A stretch of DNA of 64,000 nucleotides, taken from positions 42,658,001 to 42,722,000 of the forward strand of contig NC_087245.1 of assembly GCF_037042905.1 (NCBI RefSeq), given 5' to 3'. Within the stretch, counting starts at the first letter, position 1. Each line of letters begins with the position of its first letter. The notes under the pieces are model-generated. The model was given only the letters and a program-made list of their open reading frames with translations. It was not told where the DNA came from and made no database searches. The position numbers and the translations under genes were made by a program. The DNA is from Lytechinus pictus. Taxonomy: Eukaryota. Below are positions 59,785 through 64,000 of the stretch, piece by piece.

Positions 59785-60140
59785 ATGTGGTGTTTGAGTG
59801 AAAAAGAGATGGGAATTTTGAGAAGGGCTGATGAGAAACCAATTGCGAGGGCGATTTGTGGTGTGAAGCTGATGAAACGGAAAAAGACTGAGGTTTTGAT
59901 CCAGATGTTTAATAGATAGCGAAGGAAGAACGTTGGTATGGTCATGTGTTGATGGGGGATAATGATCATGTTTTGAGAAGGGTGCTTGTGTATGAAGTGG
60001 CTTGTCAGAGGGGAAGGGGGATAACCAAAGAAGAACAAGTGGCGGAGGAAAGGGTCTGGTTGCGGGAGTACTGAAGAACATTAAGTTTAGGGAGGGGTGA
60101 GGGTGATCTCTATGAGTACTAGGTGAATCCGATCTTGTCT
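59785..60140 (+). mobile_element. Degenerate RTE-clade LINE 3' fragment
   Basis: Frameshifted translation WCLSEKEMGILRRA...ICGVKL...RWYGHVL...HVLRRVL...RGRG*PK. Confidence 0.75.
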
Positions 60141-63100
60141 CGTCATCTGGGGCTTTTGAATTTTCATAAGTGAAATTGAAAGTTATTGCTCACTCTTTCC
60201 TGAAAATTTCCAATTAAAGAATGTACATTTTCAAAATTTCTGCGAAGCCCCCTGGCTGTGTACGACCACTGCACTGTAATCATACTGTTGAATTTTAATG
60301 GAATGGCGTCTGTCAAGCTTACGGGACCCAGGTCACATAATGAGTGTAAACTGTCACCGGACTTTGAATTAATATTCGATTTGCATTTAAACAACTATTT
60401 TATGCAACGGGACCTTGGGCGCCATTTCAGTGCCCGTAACATAAAAGTTACGTTATGGTAACTATGCCATGCAATGGTAGTTTGCATGGAATTCTTGATT
60501 TTGATTGGCTGTTGATCAACGTTACAAGGCAGAGTAACCATAATAGTAACTTTTATGCAGCTGGGCCCAGGTCAACTTATTTACAATTAAAAATGTTCTT
60601 TTCAATTTTAAAAGAGTATTTACTCAAATTTACAATGACTCGTTCCCTACATTTGGCGTACTTTATTCCTGTAATGAAATTCACAATTTCTCAAAGCACT
60701 GTATCATTACCCAATGCCTCAGAGATTATCTAATGCCAACGATTCCCTGATTTCATACTAACAAACATTCATATTTCTTCATCAGGGGAAATACCCACCA
60801 TTGAAATCTTTAAAACCACTAAATTACTAAAGAGATCATTATGTGTAATGTGTTATTACAACAATAATACAAAGAAACACAAACATTCTGCTAAGTATTA
60901 AAAAAAACAATCTATTTACATGTAGCGTTTCATAATTAAAACGTAAAATTGTTAAATATATGAAGAGCTTGATTCCAATGGAGCTAAATCCAGTTTTGAC
61001 CAAAATTGCTTTTTGTATACAAATATGTATCTTAGACCTGGGAATCAAATGCACCATATCGCATTTGAAAAAAAAATCTGGGAAGATTGGTAAAAATTAA
61101 GAGCTAAATCCGAAACAGTTTTATTCCAAAAGGAGCTAAATCCACTACCGGGTCATTTAAAATCGGTAAATTTTACTACTTTACATAAAGTTATGCATTC
61201 AAATTTTTAGGCAGGGGCCGCGGAACGGTTTTCAAAGTGGGGGGGGGGGGCTGACCATGCAAAAAATCACAATCATATGGTCATTTTTACTTTTTTGTAC
61301 ACGGTTTTGGAAAAAAGTGGGGGGCTTCTAAATCATACATTATTATTATAAAAAATCCCAATCTCACTATTGCCGCAAAGACACTCGACTAAATGTATAC
61401 TTTTAAAAAGACTTTATTGGAAGCGACGAACAAAATTTAATTGATTAATCAAACACCGATGAAAAACAAGTTAAACAGGGTTAATGCATTTTCACAGATT
61501 TCCATAATAATAGAAACGGGCAAATTCAAAACATCGTAATCTTGCGCAACTCACCAGCTGCAATGCTATGACGTAATTTTATGTGGACAGATATTTCAGC
61601 CGTTTGCCTGACGACAGTCGAACATTTCGTTCATTTTCCTGTTTTCCAGTTTGCAAATTGAAATATTCTGGAATATTTTCAATAGAATGATATCACTGGA
61701 AAAAATAAAGAAAATGGAAGGCTTTAGGCCATTTTAAAAGTTGATGATGTCACTCACCAACTATATCTTTTGTGTCTTCATTTTTTGAAATTTACTTTAA
61801 TTTTTTTTGCAGCTTTGATAATAATGGAGACCCTTCATCAAATCAGAATAATTGCCAATCCACATGATCAAGCAGGACTTTTTAATCCAAATTTGAGTCA
61901 CAATACAATGAGGGGGAATTTAAACATTTCATAGTTTCCTTTGATGAAAAAAAAAATACCGAATGGGTGACGTTATCGGTTCCTTCATTTACACAATGAC
62001 CAGGATGTGCATTATATCTGTTTTGTGAAAATAAGCAAAATTTTAGAACATCACCATTAAAAAAAATAACATCCGATTTTGATGATTTTTTCAAGGTTCT
62101 GCTTCTCTAATTTTTCTCTTTTCATTCAAATAAACATTTTATCGGGGTGGACATGCCCTTTAACTTGTCGTATATTGTTTATCATTTCACTATGTTTGTC
62201 AATTCATAGACCATATGAGAGTTGAAAGATGGATCGATATTATGCAATCTTTTAGTGTTGATATTACTAACATTATGAACATCATTTTCTTTAGCATTAT
62301 TGCAGCAACAACTGTTTTAATATATACACCCAATCAGTGGCTGACCGTGACCCGGAGGAGACAAAGCATTGGAGGGGCACAGCATTGTTCACAAACAATA
62401 CAGTGCCCCTCCAATCAATTGTCTCGTCCGGGTCACGGTCCGCCACTGCACCCAATAATTTCAAAGCTGATGTTGTAAAACTCGTTTTTTGGTCAACTGC
62501 CAATAGGGCATCCTTTGAAGGTGTTGCGAGCGTGAATCGCAAGCTCAAACTTTTGGACATTTCAATAAGAAATGAAAATAAAACATTTTGAGCAGTTTTT
62601 GCAATCATTAAAAAGATGTGCATCTAACTGACGAATTAACACGAGCGCGAAGTGCGAGCTGAAATATACTGACCAGAAAAGGAACCTGTTAAGGACTGCG
62701 TTTAGTGACTCATGAATAGGATACATCGAATAATGCGAGTGCGAAGCGCGAGCTAAAAAAATATTCCAGTCTGAAAACTGGACATTCTAAGCCTTTTTAT
62801 AACCGGAAACGGTGAGTACCTTACTAAACAATAAATTATAACAATAACCAAAAAATTTGGATTTTCTAATCTAACATGTATACTTTAAAAAGGGTATGTC
62901 ATTTTGAAAAACGGCACATTTTATTTTGAAAAAACAAAGGGAATTTCCCTATTAGGAAAATAGTATTTCGTTCCTACGGGATTATTATTATTATCATTAT
63001 TATTATTATTCATTTTTTTTTTGGGGGGGGGAGGGAGGGTGCAAGTGCCCCCTGCCACCCCCCCCCCCATCCACTTTCACCGCCCCTGTGGGAAAGGGTT

Positions 63101-63615
63101 GATCTATCGTTACCAGGGGCGTTTACGTACGCAAAAATGTCTCAAAGGAATGATCATAGGCTTATGAGTCTAGTTCATGTTTTTCTCTCATTGCTAGACC
63201 TGCAAATTTATTTGATTGTTCATTTCATTTATCCGGTTTAAACATAAATAAATGTACATGATACAAAGGCACAAGGACCAAACTGAACATGTATACGATA
63301 AGTACAACTTAAAACACAGGCTACAGAACATCAAACAAATAAAATGCATTCAACGAGAAAACTACTATTAACCTATTAACGAAAACCAGTATAAGAGCAG
63401 ATAGAAGTCATCGAATCATATCTCGATAGGGGCGCGTTGATGCATTTTGAAATTGTTTTGTAAAAGTTCAAAATGTCTACTAAAAGATCCATTCTTGATT
63501 AAATGTTTACCACTTGTAAACCTAATTTTAAAAAATCGCTCTGCACGGGGGGGGGGGGTGATTGTTTGGACCAGAATAGGGGTGATAAAGACCCCTTTTG
63601 GGCTTTTTTTTTACA

Positions 63616-63758
63616 TTTTCGGATTAACGAACCTCATTTCGTTTTCGGACTAACGATCCTTCGGAATTACGAACCTTATTTCGTTTTCGGACTAACGAAC
63701 CTTCGGAATTGCGAACCTTATTTCGTTTTCGGACTAACGAACCTTCGGAATTACGAAC
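63616..63758 (+). repeat. 42-bp minisatellite (about 3.4 units), cut by a CAGTGGCGTA-terminated element at 63759
   Basis: tttcgttttcggactaacga recurs at 63637, 63679 and 63721. Confidence 0.9.
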
Positions 63759-64000
63759 CAGTGGCGTAACAGGCGGGGGGGGGGGGCAGGGGGGGCAAGC
63801 TGCCCCCCCCCCCCCCCTGGCGGAGCTCACCGGGAAAATAAAAAAAAACGGGAAAAAGAAAAAAAAGGGGGGGAAGAAAGGGAAAGGGAAAAGAAAACTA
63901 AGAAAAAACATAACAAAGGGAAAACGGAAAGACAACGGGAAAAGGGAGGAAAAAAGAACATGTGAGAAAGAACAATTCGGCCCGATATACAAATCCATTA

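Noticed and set aside
59629..60081. 150-aa minus-strand ORF
   Set aside because: Antisense to a decayed RTE LINE fragment.
63616..63758. Regularly spaced repeats resembling a CRISPR array
   Set aside because: Contiguous 42-bp tandem units with no unique spacers; eukaryotic context and no cas genes.

Overview
AT-rich, repeat-dense animal genomic DNA; the repeat types suggest an invertebrate deuterostome such as a sea urchin, but this is inference only. Most of the window is an internal and 3' part of one multi-exon plus-strand gene for a kinesin-3 motor of the KIF13A/KIF13B/Khc-73 family. I traced about 26 frame-consistent exons from the switch-II end of the motor domain (2477) through the neck coil, FHA domain and KIF13 stalk/tail to a stop at 52885. 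The 5' exons lie upstream of the window and no CAP-Gly exon was seen. The introns hold a complete, apparently intact antisense piggyBac transposon (18119-21382), many non-autonomous DNA elements, tRNA-derived SINEs, LINE remnants and microsatellites. Most ORFs in the supplied track are spurious. Highlights: (1) about 40 or more TACATGTA motifs, several of which are demonstrably 6-bp insertions at TA sites and look like Tc1/mariner excision footprints; (2) a Penelope-type minimal hammerhead ribozyme in a 15-bp-TSD insertion on the sense strand of an intron; (3) a cluster of short phase-0 cassette exons and a motor-loop microexon; (4) a candidate internal first exon giving a motorless isoform; (5) a GC-AG intron and alternative C-terminal exons.
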